A stretch of DNA of 64,000 nucleotides from Candidatus Bathyarchaeia archaeon. GTDB taxonomy: Archaea; Thermoproteota; Bathyarchaeia; Bathyarchaeales; Bathycorpusculaceae. Shown here one piece after another: positions 37,392 through 47,129 of this stretch; the stretch's first letter is position 1; every line of letters begins with the position of its first letter. The position numbers and the translations under genes were made by a program. The notes beneath the pieces were generated by a model. The model saw nothing but the letters and a program-made list of their open reading frames with translations, was not told the origin of the DNA and made no database searches. The stretch covers positions 118,552-182,551 of the forward strand of contig JAVZLH010000001.1 of the NCBI GenBank assembly GCA_038883855.1, written 5' to 3'.

Positions 37392-38368
37392 CGTGGTGAT
37401 ATAGCATCCAATATTACCAGAAATATTATGGCACCAACAGGGATTCCGATGTAAGTAAGTAAGTTCAGCATAAGCTCAGAGCTTAAACCCTTAAGGAATT
37501 CTCCTCCAAGCATGGATATAACTGCCAACATTATCACCAAGAGAAGCGGGCCAGTCAATAGAATAGATATGTAAAACTCCGACAGAATAGATAGGGTGTC
37601 GGAGAACTTCTTAAGACTTATTCTTTTCAGTTTCATAAATTGTTTAGATTTTTCACGTAAATATACGGCTAAATTACCGCCAGAATGTATTGTTGAAATA
37701 AAACCTTCAAGTGTTTCTCGAAATACTTCCGATGAGGAACGTTTTGATACTTCTTCAAGAGCTGAAATCACGTCTAAACCGAAAAGATTTATTTTTCTAA
37801 CAACCTCCCTGGCTTCATAAGAAATCGCCAATGGCACACTCATGTTTGAAAGCGTATAGAAAATTTTTTCCGGTGAAACCCCAGAGCTGGCGAGAATGGC
37901 CATATAACCTGTTGTAAACGGCAACTCATCTTCCAACTCTCTCTTGAGCTTGTCCGCACGATAGATTGGGTAAAAGTAAAATCCCATGATTGTGAATGCG
38001 AAAGCAAACAATCCTCCACCGCAACCATAAAGAAGCGCTGGCAAAACTTGCGTGTGAAAGGCAAGAATCCATAGGGATGAAACAAGAACACCAGTTGCAA
38101 TGGTGATCAGCATCGCGGAAAAAACAGTTAAACTGACATAAGCCTTGAAATTAACTTTTATCCCAGACTTATGCAGATTTTGGTCCAAATCTCTAAAAAG
38201 GGGCAAAACTCGATCTATTCTACCGCCTAAAAGTCGAAATGCCAAAGAATGTGGTTTATTAAGCTCTATACTAGGCTTTTTCTTAGTTGCTTCCATTTTT
38301 CCCTTAAACAATGCTTTGACGCGGATAACAAGTTTCTTGACTTTTTCCAGAACTTTGTTTTCACTCAT
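37385..38368 (-). CDS. T2SS-F / TadC / FlaJ-like pilus platform membrane protein (first half-size gene)
   Basis: 327 aa. ELPFTTGYMAILASSGVSPEKIF...FISTIHSGGNLAVYL is flanked by TM segments. Overlaps the next gene by 7 nt (ATGGTAG). Confidence 0.8.
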   Translation of the reverse strand: MSENKVLEKVKKLVIRVKALFKGKMEATKKKPSIELNKPHSLAFRLLGGRIDRVLPLFRDLDQNLHKSGIKVNFKAYVSLTVFSAMLITIATGVLVSSLWILAFHTQVLPALLYGCGGGLFAFAFTIMGFYFYPIYRADKLKRELEDELPFTTGYMAILASSGVSPEKIFYTLSNMSVPLAISYEAREVVRKINLFGLDVISALEEVSKRSSSEVFRETLEGFISTIHSGGNLAVYLREKSKQFMKLKRISLKKFSDTLSILSEFYISILLTGPLLLVIMLAVISMLGGEFLKGLSSELMLNLLTYIGIPVGAIIFLVILDAISPRW

Positions 38369-39936
38369 TTTAATCCCATTATAGCCTTTTGGAATATACG
38401 GCTTGGGTTAGAGTAGTATTCGCGAATTATGTTGGCGACATCCATGTAGCGGCGTATTCCAGTGTGCACCATCCATTCCAAAACTGTTTTTCTTCTCTTC
38501 AGCTCACGGGTAACATCATCTTCTGTTATGCCCATTTTTTTTATGTGAGCCTCTATAAACGGGCTTTTTCCAACAGGGATAAGTCTATCTTCTTTTGGAT
38601 TCCATCGGAAAATTTCTTCTGTCAATATTTCTCTCGTTTTCTGGTCTATACCCGCAATTTCAGTAGTTGTGAGGGTTCGTCTCACCGGTTTTCCTTCCAC
38701 TTCTGTTCTTGCTACAACCATTATCACGTCGGTCATAGCTATTAGTGACCGTGGAATATTCATGGGTTCAGATTCCAACCTATTTATGACGGCTTCAACC
38801 GATTCTGCATGTATTGTGCTCATTCCAAGGTGACCTGTTGCCATGGCTTGAAAAAGTGTGTATGCTTCTTCGCCTCTAACCTCGCCGACAATTATGTAGT
38901 CTGGTCTTTGTCTGACGGCCGCTTTTAATAAGTCGAAAAGGGTTATTGTCCCGCTCTTTTTGTCTTCATGTCCAAAGCCTAGTCTTGCAACTGATGGTAT
39001 CCAGTTTTCGTGTGGAAGGTTAAGTTCTTGTGTGTCTTCTACGCTCACTATTTTCATTTCTGGCTTTATAAACATGGATAAACAGTTTAGCATCGTGGTT
39101 TTTCCCGCGGCCACGCCTCCTGCAACCAGCAGTGAGGCTCTGTTCTCTATGATATACCATAGGTATGCAGCCATTTCGGATGAAACTGTTTTGAAAGCTA
39201 TCAAGTCTGATATTGTTAATGGGTCGACTCTGAAGCGTCTAATGGTGAATGTTGAGCCTCTACGTGTGACTTCATTTCCATAGGTTAATTGTACGCGACT
39301 GCCATCTGGAAGAGAAGCGTCCAAAATTGGCGAGGCTATAGAAATATTTTTTCCAGCAAGATATGCTAAGCGTATTATGAACGAGTTTAGTTCAGCTTCG
39401 TCCTTGAAAACTATATTTGTTGGCAAGGACTCGTAGAGCCTATGCCAAACATATAAGGGTATGTTTACGCCATCCGCCGATATATCTTCGATTAGGTGAT
39501 CCTTCATTAACGGGTCTATTTTCCCATAGCCTATGAAGTCTCTGATGATGTAGTAAGTGAGTTTGTCAACGGCCTCTGGCGGAACTTTTATTCGATATTT
39601 CCTAATTATTTCCTTAGTTTTTTCTTTGAGGTAGTTTTCGGCTTTTTCTCTGGTTTCGATATCCTTTAAGTTTACATCTACTTCTTCCATTAAGAGCGTC
39701 TTTATTTCTTTGAGGAGGTTTTCCTCTTCTTTTTTCAGCGTGGGCTCTATGACTTCGTAGACTATCTTTTGGGTTTCTGGGTTTTTTACTATGGCGGCGT
39801 AGACGTATGGTTCTTGTATTGGGTAGATTTCCCGGAATACTGTTGGTTTCTTTCCTTCTTCCTTTATTATTATGTCTACTCCTGACTCTTGCTTTTCCAA
39901 AGGGGTTAGCCTCCTGGTTTTCGTTGGATTTTTCAT
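38365..39936 (-). CDS. FlaI/PilB/VirB11-type secretion ATPase of an archaeal type IV pilus system
   Basis: 523 aa with Walker A GGVAAGKTTMLN, Walker B/Asp box IIVGEVRGEEA and His box MSTIHAES. Confidence 0.9.
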   Translation of the reverse strand: MKNPTKTRRLTPLEKQESGVDIIIKEEGKKPTVFREIYPIQEPYVYAAIVKNPETQKIVYEVIEPTLKKEEENLLKEIKTLLMEEVDVNLKDIETREKAENYLKEKTKEIIRKYRIKVPPEAVDKLTYYIIRDFIGYGKIDPLMKDHLIEDISADGVNIPLYVWHRLYESLPTNIVFKDEAELNSFIIRLAYLAGKNISIASPILDASLPDGSRVQLTYGNEVTRRGSTFTIRRFRVDPLTISDLIAFKTVSSEMAAYLWYIIENRASLLVAGGVAAGKTTMLNCLSMFIKPEMKIVSVEDTQELNLPHENWIPSVARLGFGHEDKKSGTITLFDLLKAAVRQRPDYIIVGEVRGEEAYTLFQAMATGHLGMSTIHAESVEAVINRLESEPMNIPRSLIAMTDVIMVVARTEVEGKPVRRTLTTTEIAGIDQKTREILTEEIFRWNPKEDRLIPVGKSPFIEAHIKKMGITEDDVTRELKRRKTVLEWMVHTGIRRYMDVANIIREYYSNPSRIFQKAIMGLK

Positions 39937-40218
39937 GCATGATATAATGTGTAGCGAGTCTTAATAAGTTATATGCACGCCTAATCTTTAGGAAATCTCT
40001 TGAACCCCAAAACATAAAAAATGCTAAGCGCATTCAAAACCTAAATTTGATAACTTCAAAAGCGTAGCTATTATTGGCATTACCATGAGAATAGTGAACC
40101 GACGGGTACTCTTAACAGTTTACTTGTATCTTGCCCTTCTCTTTTGCCTCTTCTTTTTCTGCCGTCGCATCCTTTTCTTTTTCCATTTAGCGCGAATATC
40201 CCGCACACCCCATAATTT

Positions 40219-40818
40219 TCATTCTATTGTGGCATGTCTACGTCGTAAATCCTCCTCTGTTCGCCCCATTCGATGCATCAACTCCACAACCAAACTATCT
40301 AGAAAAACCATGCAGTTGTTCTCAAAAACACTTCCAAGAGGAGTTAGGGGCTCGCGTTCGCCAATAATTTGCCTTGCTAGGTAATCTTCTTCTTTCGGCC
40401 ACCCGGTTTTTGTTCTTCCTTTAATCGTAACTATATGGTCAGCCATTTGACCTAGTGGAGATTCTGGAAAGGATGTTATAGCAATTACTGTTGCTCCAAT
40501 TTCCTTAGCGGCTGCGCCCGCGGTTAGAACCATCTTTGTGGCACCTGTTCCTGAAATTGCTATAAGTAAGTCTCCTTTTTCCGCTGCTGGCGTGATGGTT
40601 TCACCTAGAAAGTAGACGTTGAAGCCAAGGTTCATTAGTCGTAACGCAAAGGCTCTTGCAACAAACCCGCTTCTTCCCATGCCTACAATGAAGATTTTTT
40701 TATTTTTTGCTTCAAGTAGAAGTTTAATTAGTTGCTCAACCTCTTTCTCGTTTAACTCTTCAATACTTTTTTTGATTCCGGTGATGATTTCTTCTGCCGC
40801 CGCCTTCAGCCATTCCAA
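40219..40818 (-). CDS. phi: 6-phospho-3-hexuloisomerase (SIS domain)
   Basis: 199 aa. IFIVGMGRSGFVARAFALRLMNLG...LLIAISGTGAT...GATVIAITS is typical of PHI. Confidence 0.8.
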   Translation of the reverse strand: MEWLKAAAEEIITGIKKSIEELNEKEVEQLIKLLLEAKNKKIFIVGMGRSGFVARAFALRLMNLGFNVYFLGETITPAAEKGDLLIAISGTGATKMVLTAGAAAKEIGATVIAITSFPESPLGQMADHIVTIKGRTKTGWPKEEDYLARQIIGEREPLTPLGSVFENNCMVFLDSLVVELMHRMGRTEEDLRRRHATIE

Positions 40819-40887
40819 TTACTTCAAACTCCGAGAACCCATTACATTTTTCCCAGCATTAAAAGTCTTGCGGTTTCAAAGTGCCTT

Positions 40888-41670
40888 TTATTCCAAAAAG
40901 CTAAAGAGGGCTGGAATGCTGACACAAGTTAAGCGAACGTAAATTGCCAGTGTCAAAATTCCAACAGTAATAGCCAATAAAACAAAGTCGCCCTTATGCA
41001 TTTTCAAGGTGTAAAGGTTTGTACGTTTTTTGGTGGCACCCCAAGCGCGTGATTCCATAGCTTCTGCCAATTCGAGGCTTCTGCGGATTGCGCTTACGAT
41101 TAACGGCACAAGTATAGGAATATAGTTCTTTATTCTCTTAAGAAAGTTTCCGCGTTCCAACTCCAGTCCTCTTGCCTTTTGGGCGTCCATTATTGTTTGA
41201 GCTTCTTCAGCTAAAACTGGGACAAACCTGACGGCGGTTGTGAAGGCAAAAGAAAATTCGTAGGGCACTCGGGCTTGTTCTAGAGCTAAGCCTAGGTTGT
41301 CCGGTGATGTTGTTAGGAAAAATATGGAAAAGGACTCGATGAGCACTATGAAACGCAACGTCATGGCAGCGGCATTTTCCAAACTCTCCGCTAATCCCTT
41401 CGCTCCAAAGTATGCAAACAAGAAGTTTGTTAAGAAAATTATTAGGGCCAAGAAAGTTGCACCTCGTAACGAGCGGAGCCACTCCCGTTGAACACCCGCC
41501 AATAATACAAAGGGAATCTGCATAACAAACAGCACTAGTAAAGGCAACAGTTCACCAAAAATTATGGCAACAACAAATATCACGCACACATATATGAATT
41601 TTATTCGCGGGTCTAAGTTGTGGATTGGTGAATGAACTTTGCGGAATTTGAGTCCGTCAAACACGCTCAT
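40888..41670 (-). CDS. ecfT: ECF transporter transmembrane (T) component
   Basis: 260 aa with a HPIHNLDPRIKF N-terminus and conserved Arg-containing coupling helices (AVRFVPVL..., ...SLELAEAMESRAW). Confidence 0.85.
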   Translation of the reverse strand: MSVFDGLKFRKVHSPIHNLDPRIKFIYVCVIFVVAIIFGELLPLLVLFVMQIPFVLLAGVQREWLRSLRGATFLALIIFLTNFLFAYFGAKGLAESLENAAAMTLRFIVLIESFSIFFLTTSPDNLGLALEQARVPYEFSFAFTTAVRFVPVLAEEAQTIMDAQKARGLELERGNFLKRIKNYIPILVPLIVSAIRRSLELAEAMESRAWGATKKRTNLYTLKMHKGDFVLLAITVGILTLAIYVRLTCVSIPALFSFLE

Positions 41671-42494
41671 TTAAACACCTTCTTCCCAAAATGGTTTAGC
41701 AAGATTTCTTGTGCTTCATAAACGTCAATAACTTCTTGGGGCAAATTCAAATCTCGAAGTTGAATGAATATTTGAGTTATTTGGGGCGGAACGATAGATG
41801 CATTGTATAGTATTTCGGTGTTTGTTAGAATCTTCTTCGCCTCTCCGTCGGCAACTATCATCCCATCTCGCATCAGTACAACTCTTGGGTTGCACTCTGC
41901 TACAAACTCAACATCATGTGTGACAATTATTGTCGTTTTCCCCCGGGTTTTCAGCTGCATAATAAATTGTCTTAACTTCTCCTTTTGCTGGTAATCTTGC
42001 CCTATTGTCGGCTCATCCAATATCAGTATCTTTGGATCCCACGCCAAAACGGAGGCTAAAGCGACGCGTTTTCTTTCTCCGCCGCTAAGCATGAAGGGCG
42101 AAGTCTTTCTATACTGCGTCAAATCTAAGAGGTTTAGCGCCCACGTTATCCTTCTCTCTATCACATCTTCTTTGAATCCAAAGTTTTTTAAGGCGAAGGC
42201 TATTTCATCCTCCACTGTTTCGCTAAATAACTGGTGGTCTGGGTTTTGGAAGACAAAGCCCACGTTTCTGGCTAGGGTTGCCACACTTACTTTTGTTGTT
42301 TCAACACCGTCAACAAAGACTCTGCCTTTCGTTGGCTTAAGAAGCCCGTTAAAATGTTTAACAAGCGTTGTTTTCCCTGCGCCGTTTTGTCCCATTATGG
42401 CAACAAATTCTCCATCATAGATTTTTAAGGACACTCCCTTTAATGCTTCTACGCCGTTTGGATATGTGAAATAGACATTTTCAACCTCAATCAT
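41667..42494 (-). CDS. ecfA2: ECF transporter ATPase component
   Basis: Walker A GQNGAGKTT, signature LSGGERKR and Walker B ILILDEPT. 4-nt overlap with ecfT. Confidence 0.85.
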   Translation of the reverse strand: MIEVENVYFTYPNGVEALKGVSLKIYDGEFVAIMGQNGAGKTTLVKHFNGLLKPTKGRVFVDGVETTKVSVATLARNVGFVFQNPDHQLFSETVEDEIAFALKNFGFKEDVIERRITWALNLLDLTQYRKTSPFMLSGGERKRVALASVLAWDPKILILDEPTIGQDYQQKEKLRQFIMQLKTRGKTTIIVTHDVEFVAECNPRVVLMRDGMIVADGEAKKILTNTEILYNASIVPPQITQIFIQLRDLNLPQEVIDVYEAQEILLNHFGKKVFK

Positions 42495-43341
42495 CAGATT
42501 TGAAAGCCTCCCGTATTAGCGCCGCCATTTCTTCGGAAGACAAGGGAATTTTATTGCCTAATCTTACCCCCTCTTTCCTTAACATTTGATAAAGAAGCGT
42601 TGCTTTTGGAATTCCAACACCAATCAGTCTGGTTTCCTCTGAGCTTAAAATTTGACGTGGTTCACCATCTATGGCTACCTTGCCGTTGTCCATTACGATT
42701 ATGTGATCCGCGTATTTGGCAGTTAAATCCAGCCTATGCTCAACAAGCACAACGGTTATCCCTAATTTCCTGTTGAGTTCATAAATCACGTCGAATATTT
42801 TCTTGGCAGTTAATGGGTCGAGAAAAGATGTCGGTTCGTCAAGAACCATCACCTCTGGCTGCATAGCTAAAACTGAAGCAATTGCAACACGTTGTTGCTG
42901 TCCACCTGAAAGTTCGTATGGAGCTCTTTCCCTCAAATCATATATGCCCGTCAATTCCGTCGCCCAATCCACTCTCTTGCGAATCTCTTCTCTGGGAAAT
43001 CCTAGGTTTTCAAGCCCGAAAGCCACATCCTTCTCGACGGACAGGGCGAAAAGCTGGTTTTCAGGGTTTTGGAAAACAAGGCCCACATGCTTTGCCAGTT
43101 CGTAGATTGGGTGTTTGGTGACGTCAAGTCCAGCGACTGTTATTTGACCTTTTAACTCGCCTTGGTAAAAGTGGGGAATCAACCCATTTAGGCATCGGCA
43201 GAGAGTTGTTTTTCCACATCCGCTTGGTCCAGTGATTAGGGTGAATTCGCCTTTCTCTATTTTTATGGAGACATCTACTATTGATGGTTTTGTTGCGTTT
43301 GGATAGGTGTATGTTAGGTTTTTTGCTTCAATTACGGCCAT
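42487..43341 (-). CDS. ecfA1: ECF transporter ATPase component
   Basis: Walker A GPSGCGKTT, signature LSGGQQQR and Walker B VMVLDEPT. Confidence 0.85.
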   Translation of the reverse strand: MAVIEAKNLTYTYPNATKPSIVDVSIKIEKGEFTLITGPSGCGKTTLCRCLNGLIPHFYQGELKGQITVAGLDVTKHPIYELAKHVGLVFQNPENQLFALSVEKDVAFGLENLGFPREEIRKRVDWATELTGIYDLRERAPYELSGGQQQRVAIASVLAMQPEVMVLDEPTSFLDPLTAKKIFDVIYELNRKLGITVVLVEHRLDLTAKYADHIIVMDNGKVAIDGEPRQILSSEETRLIGVGIPKATLLYQMLRKEGVRLGNKIPLSSEEMAALIREAFKSDD

Positions 43342-43400
43342 GCTTATGATGCCTGCCCAGTTTTAAGCGGAGGTAATCTCTCTCATTTAAGAGTAGCTAC

Positions 43401-44396
43401 TTAATTGCGGCTAGAAAGCTTTTCTTTAAAAAGCCTTAAACAACGTTTAAGCCCAGCTTCAACGTCGCCAACACCATTAACTCCAGCGGCTGTTGAATGT
43501 CCACCGCCCATACCGCGTAGATATTCGCCTAAAGGTTTGGCTATATCTTTGCCCAAATGTATTCCAGTTGTCTCATGAAATTCTCGTGTGCAACGTAGGC
43601 TAATCTCTATGTTTTCGTTTTTTTGCCCAGCTACTACTGCAACGTGAGCGCCTAAATCCACTATGGCTCTAGCCGCCGAAGCTTGAAAGGCGCTAACATG
43701 AGAAAAGGCAAGTATCCATTCTCCAATCTTGAAAATTTTTGCTCTTCTACAGGCCTTTAACCTTGCCACCCGCTCAGAAAAGTCCATGGGTAACGAAAGC
43801 AGATATAAGGCTTCTTGCGCGTTTACTCCGACATCGATGAGTTCTGCAACGGCTTTCAGCGTGGATGAGTTGGCTAAAACAAAATGGCGCGTGTCAAAGG
43901 CTATGCCCAAAAACAACGCTTTCGCCTCTTTTTCTGCAGGCTTTACGCCAGCTTGTTTAAAGAAGTTGTAAATAATTTCGCAGGTCGAGGATGACTCTTC
44001 GTTTGTTATGCAGATTTTTGCCATTTTTTCCGTTTCAGGATGGGCTGCGTGGTGGTCTATAACAATTATCGGAGCCTTTGCGGTTTTCACTTTTTCAGCA
44101 AGATTATTCAACTGTTGAACAGTGTTTGTGTCAAGCAAAACTATGGCGTTCGCATTCTCCACATTTGGCTGAGTTTTCAACTCCATTGGCAAATGTTTCA
44201 AAAGGTGTTTTGACAAGCGACTTACTCCCTGTGCCGCTCCAATTTCAACCTCCATTTTCGGTCTTAAACTTTTAAGCAAGTTCGCAAAGGCATATGCTGA
44301 ACAGATGGCGTCTGGATCTGCGTTGTGGTGGCATAGCAAAACAACTAGTTTGGCATCTAATCCTTCAAGAAGTTTGGTTACTTCTGCGAATGACAT
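43401..44396 (-). CDS. DHH/DHHA1 phosphoesterase (NrnA-like nanoRNase / pAp phosphatase size class)
   Basis: 331 aa with motifs HHNADPDA, LLDT, VIDHHAAH and GGGHSTAAG. Confidence 0.8.
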   Translation of the reverse strand: MSFAEVTKLLEGLDAKLVVLLCHHNADPDAICSAYAFANLLKSLRPKMEVEIGAAQGVSRLSKHLLKHLPMELKTQPNVENANAIVLLDTNTVQQLNNLAEKVKTAKAPIIVIDHHAAHPETEKMAKICITNEESSSTCEIIYNFFKQAGVKPAEKEAKALFLGIAFDTRHFVLANSSTLKAVAELIDVGVNAQEALYLLSLPMDFSERVARLKACRRAKIFKIGEWILAFSHVSAFQASAARAIVDLGAHVAVVAGQKNENIEISLRCTREFHETTGIHLGKDIAKPLGEYLRGMGGGHSTAAGVNGVGDVEAGLKRCLRLFKEKLSSRN

Positions 44397-44689
44397 GGTA
44401 GATTCCTCAAATATTTTTCGGCAGATGCGAAGGCTTCCTTTACTGCTTCGTTAACGAGTTTTTGCACGTCAAAGTCTTTCATTAAGGGTGATAAAGTAAC
44501 ATCTACATCGATGGTTAACGTCATGGGCTTTGTGCCTTCAGCCTCAACGCTTATGTTCAGCGCTTCTATCCTCTTTAAGGAAACTTTCGACGTTACGTAT
44601 TTCCGTGCAGCTTCCTCTGCAATTAAACACAATTCCTCAATTTGCTCGCTTGTCAACTCTGGTAGGCGCAGTTCCTCCACATTTTTCAC
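44378..44689 (-). CDS. Small conserved archaeal protein (DUF3194-like)
   Basis: 103 aa, positioned between prefoldin beta and the DHH gene, which it overlaps by 19 nt. The family assignment is from memory only. Confidence 0.5.
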   Translation of the reverse strand: MKNVEELRLPELTSEQIEELCLIAEEAARKYVTSKVSLKRIEALNISVEAEGTKPMTLTIDVDVTLSPLMKDFDVQKLVNEAVKEAFASAEKYLRNLPCHSQK

Positions 44690-44706
44690 CTAAGCAGATT
44701 TGGCAG

Positions 44707-45072
44707 TTAAGGCGCGGATAATGGGCGTAAGTCTTCTTGCAGTTTGGCTTGTAACTCCTTCAATTGAGTTCGCAGTCTCTCTTCCTGTTTTCCTAAAACT
44801 GTTGCCCTAGTGCTTAGAAGTTCCTTCCGCTCGCTTAACTCCGCGGTTATTTTCGCCTTTTCAGTTTTCACCAAAAGCGTGCCAATAGCCTTGTAAATTA
44901 CCGCGTCATCTCCTATTTTTTGCAGCTCGTTTAAGGCTTGCTCACTTTCCGTCAACTCAATTTCCACTTGTTGCTTTTGAGCCAGAACTGACTGAAGAGT
45001 CTGTTGAAGCTGCTGAAGCCTTAGTAGACGTTCTTGAACTTGAGGTGGAAGTTTCGAAAGTTCCTCACTCAC
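44707..45072 (-). CDS. pfdB: Prefoldin beta subunit
   Basis: 121 aa with two long heptad coiled-coil arms around a short beta hairpin (AVIYKAIGTLLVK). Confidence 0.85.
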   Translation of the reverse strand: MSEELSKLPPQVQERLLRLQQLQQTLQSVLAQKQQVEIELTESEQALNELQKIGDDAVIYKAIGTLLVKTEKAKITAELSERKELLSTRATVLGKQEERLRTQLKELQAKLQEDLRPLSAP

Positions 45073-45182
45073 TTACATACACTCCTGTTCTGCACAGCAA
45101 TAGGCATAGCAGTTAATTAAGGGTTTTCTCAAAAACGTCGAAAACAAAAGGATTAATAAGCTTGCCACTAGATAAAGCATGA

Positions 45183-45434
45183 TCATTGCAGTTCCAGAAC
45201 CTCGATAACGTTCATAATTGAGTTCATCCACCTTAAATAAGCATTTAACGTAGCACGTAGAGCCACGGTGTCTTCTGCTTCCACCGTCAAAACCAGAAAG
45301 TTCTCTCTTTTTTTCATACTTGTCTTTGAACGGGCGGTGGCTGGCTTTTTAACCTCAGGCTCCAAAGCCTTAGCGAATATTTCTAGATGCTTTCTTGAGG
45401 GAAGCTTTAACTTGACAACAGCCTTCGCCTTCAA
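45183..45434 (-). CDS. pcc1: KEOPS complex subunit Pcc1
   Basis: 83 aa. LTVEAEDTVALRATLNAYLRWMNSIMNVIE is typical of Pcc1. Confidence 0.75.
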   Translation of the reverse strand: MKAKAVVKLKLPSRKHLEIFAKALEPEVKKPATARSKTSMKKRENFLVLTVEAEDTVALRATLNAYLRWMNSIMNVIEVLELQ

Positions 45435-45440
45435 TGGATT

Positions 45441-46010
45441 CTAACTCCAAATTGCATAGGATACTATGATTTGTGGGCCAATCTCTACCAATTCTGGCAG
45501 AAGTATAAAAGTGATGACTATTTCTTTTTGCGGATTAATTTTAATTTGCATTGCTGCATCATATTTTCTATTAATTGCTTCTTTTAACGAGAAAACTGGT
45601 ACTGCAAAAAAATCAGATAAAGCTTTTTCAAGTTTCTTAGCGATAGAATTTTCTTGTGGTGAGGCTGCAACTACTATTGACTTTATCCTCCTCCCCCTCA
45701 TTATTTCTCCTGCCAATTTTCTTCGAAATTTTGCGTGTCGCACGTAAATGGTTGGTGGAACTTTTTCCAATCCCTCCGGTTTTACATTGAAAAACTGCAG
45801 TTTTCCAAGTCCGAATTTCCATCTTTCAATAATAATCGCTTTTTCAGCGCCCAACTCTACGGATTTTTCCGCTATTCCTTCTAGGCTTAGTTTGCCCCGG
45901 TTTATACGTATAGCGAAGGGTATATTGTAGCTTATCTCTCTGCAGAGAGTCCTCATGGTTTTAGTCGGTCTTCTCGATGTTGTTAAAAGAATACGCTGTT
46001 TATCAGCCAA
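45441..46010 (-). CDS. Brix-domain ribosome biogenesis protein
   Basis: 189 aa. The N-terminus ILLTTSRRPTKTMRTLCREI and its position in the exosome superoperon fit an archaeal Brix/Imp4-like protein. Confidence 0.7.
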   Translation of the reverse strand: MADKQRILLTTSRRPTKTMRTLCREISYNIPFAIRINRGKLSLEGIAEKSVELGAEKAIIIERWKFGLGKLQFFNVKPEGLEKVPPTIYVRHAKFRRKLAGEIMRGRRIKSIVVAASPQENSIAKKLEKALSDFFAVPVFSLKEAINRKYDAAMQIKINPQKEIVITFILLPELVEIGPQIIVSYAIWS

Positions 46011-46033
46011 TCTAAAATCACTTGGGTTGGAAA

Positions 46034-46330
46034 CTATTCTTCTTCCTCAACAGCCTTCACTGCCTCTTCAACTGGCGCACCCTTAGCCACTCGCTTTGCA
46101 ACCACTCCAAGCTTCGTACTCGGCGTATAAGCTCCGCCTGCAAACGTGAAGCCACATTTTCTACATTTCCAAACTCCCACGCTAACCCTCTTAACTTGTG
46201 GAAAACCACACTGGGGGCATGTATGCGGCTTCTTCATCTCCGTAACCACTTTTATGTAACGTTTCCTAACGGTTGCGCCGTAACGGGGTCCAAGCCCGCG
46301 GGTTGGTCCAACCTTTTTTGTTCTTCCCAA
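46034..46330 (-). CDS. rpl37ae: Large-subunit ribosomal protein eL43 (L37Ae)
   Basis: MGRTKKVGPTRGLGPRYGATVRKRY... with zinc ribbon CPQCG...CRKCG. Confidence 0.95.
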   Translation of the reverse strand: MGRTKKVGPTRGLGPRYGATVRKRYIKVVTEMKKPHTCPQCGFPQVKRVSVGVWKCRKCGFTFAGGAYTPSTKLGVVAKRVAKGAPVEEAVKAVEEEE

Positions 46331-46337
46331 AGCAAAC

Positions 46338-47129
46338 TCACCATCCTAATTTTTTGCGGATTTCGTTAGCCTTTTCCCTACCTATCATAACAGCCTCAAG
46401 CACTTGTTTCTGTGTGAAGTATCCGCTTCCGCCTTTCTGCACGGCGCATATGTTGCCGTCATCGTCAAAGGCTATGCTGAGCCTTGCATCCATCACTTGC
46501 TCCTCATCCAGCCACGGATCTACAACGAGCTCTTCATTTATTTTGGCAAAGGTAATCGTCACCGGATGTCTTCTGATTGGAATTTGAGTGTAACCCGGTT
46601 TTATTTTAATTTCATCTTTTTCAACTTCATATTTTGGCATTTTTGTATTCAGTAAAGCTGCCATGGCTGCAAGGGCTGATGCATCTATTAGATTTCCGTC
46701 GTGGTTCAACACATAGACATCCACGAAGATTACAAAGACTTTCTTTCCGGGCTCAATGCATAACTTCCCAACATCAATGGCCTTTGATTCCCTGATTCCA
46801 CGGTCAACAATTCTGGCAAGTTCTATAGAGTTTTCGTCTGGGGGTCCAGGTTCAAAAGTTGGAGAAGCCAATGGTACTAGTTCTGCGTTGACTGTCAGGA
46901 CACCTTCGTCTGGTGTGTCTGAGAATGGTTCGCCAATTTCGATTTTTGTTCCAACCATGACTTCTGTTTTTCCAAGGCAGACCCTTGCTGAACCTTCTGC
47001 ACGCTCGATTATCCCTTGTTCAACTTTTATTTCGCGATAGTCTGTTAAGCCTCTCCCGTCTAAGCGTTTTCCTTTTGCAATTAACTGGGCTATCTGCCTC
47101 TGTTTCACGCGGGTAATCACTGTTGACAT
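46338..47129 (-). CDS. rrp42: Exosome complex RNase PH-like subunit Rrp42
   Basis: 263 aa with the RNase PH fold (LDGRGLTDYREIKVE...). Follows rrp41 with a 1-nt overlap. Confidence 0.9.
   Translation of the reverse strand: MSTVITRVKQRQIAQLIAKGKRLDGRGLTDYREIKVEQGIIERAEGSARVCLGKTEVMVGTKIEIGEPFSDTPDEGVLTVNAELVPLASPTFEPGPPDENSIELARIVDRGIRESKAIDVGKLCIEPGKKVFVIFVDVYVLNHDGNLIDASALAAMAALLNTKMPKYEVEKDEIKIKPGYTQIPIRRHPVTITFAKINEELVVDPWLDEEQVMDARLSIAFDDDGNICAVQKGGSGYFTQKQVLEAVMIGREKANEIRKKLGW

Noticed and set aside
39614-40033. A 139-aa minus-strand ORF overlapping the 5' end of the pilus ATPase gene and running into the upstream spacer
   Set aside because: It is an alternative frame of the ATPase N-terminus. 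The translation is extremely basic and low-complexity (RRKE/NQRK runs), which looks like a compositional artefact.
40085-40384. A 99-aa plus-strand ORF
   Set aside because: Its 3' half is antisense to the C-terminus of the 6-phospho-3-hexuloisomerase gene. The translation is Leu/Phe/Arg-rich with no motifs.
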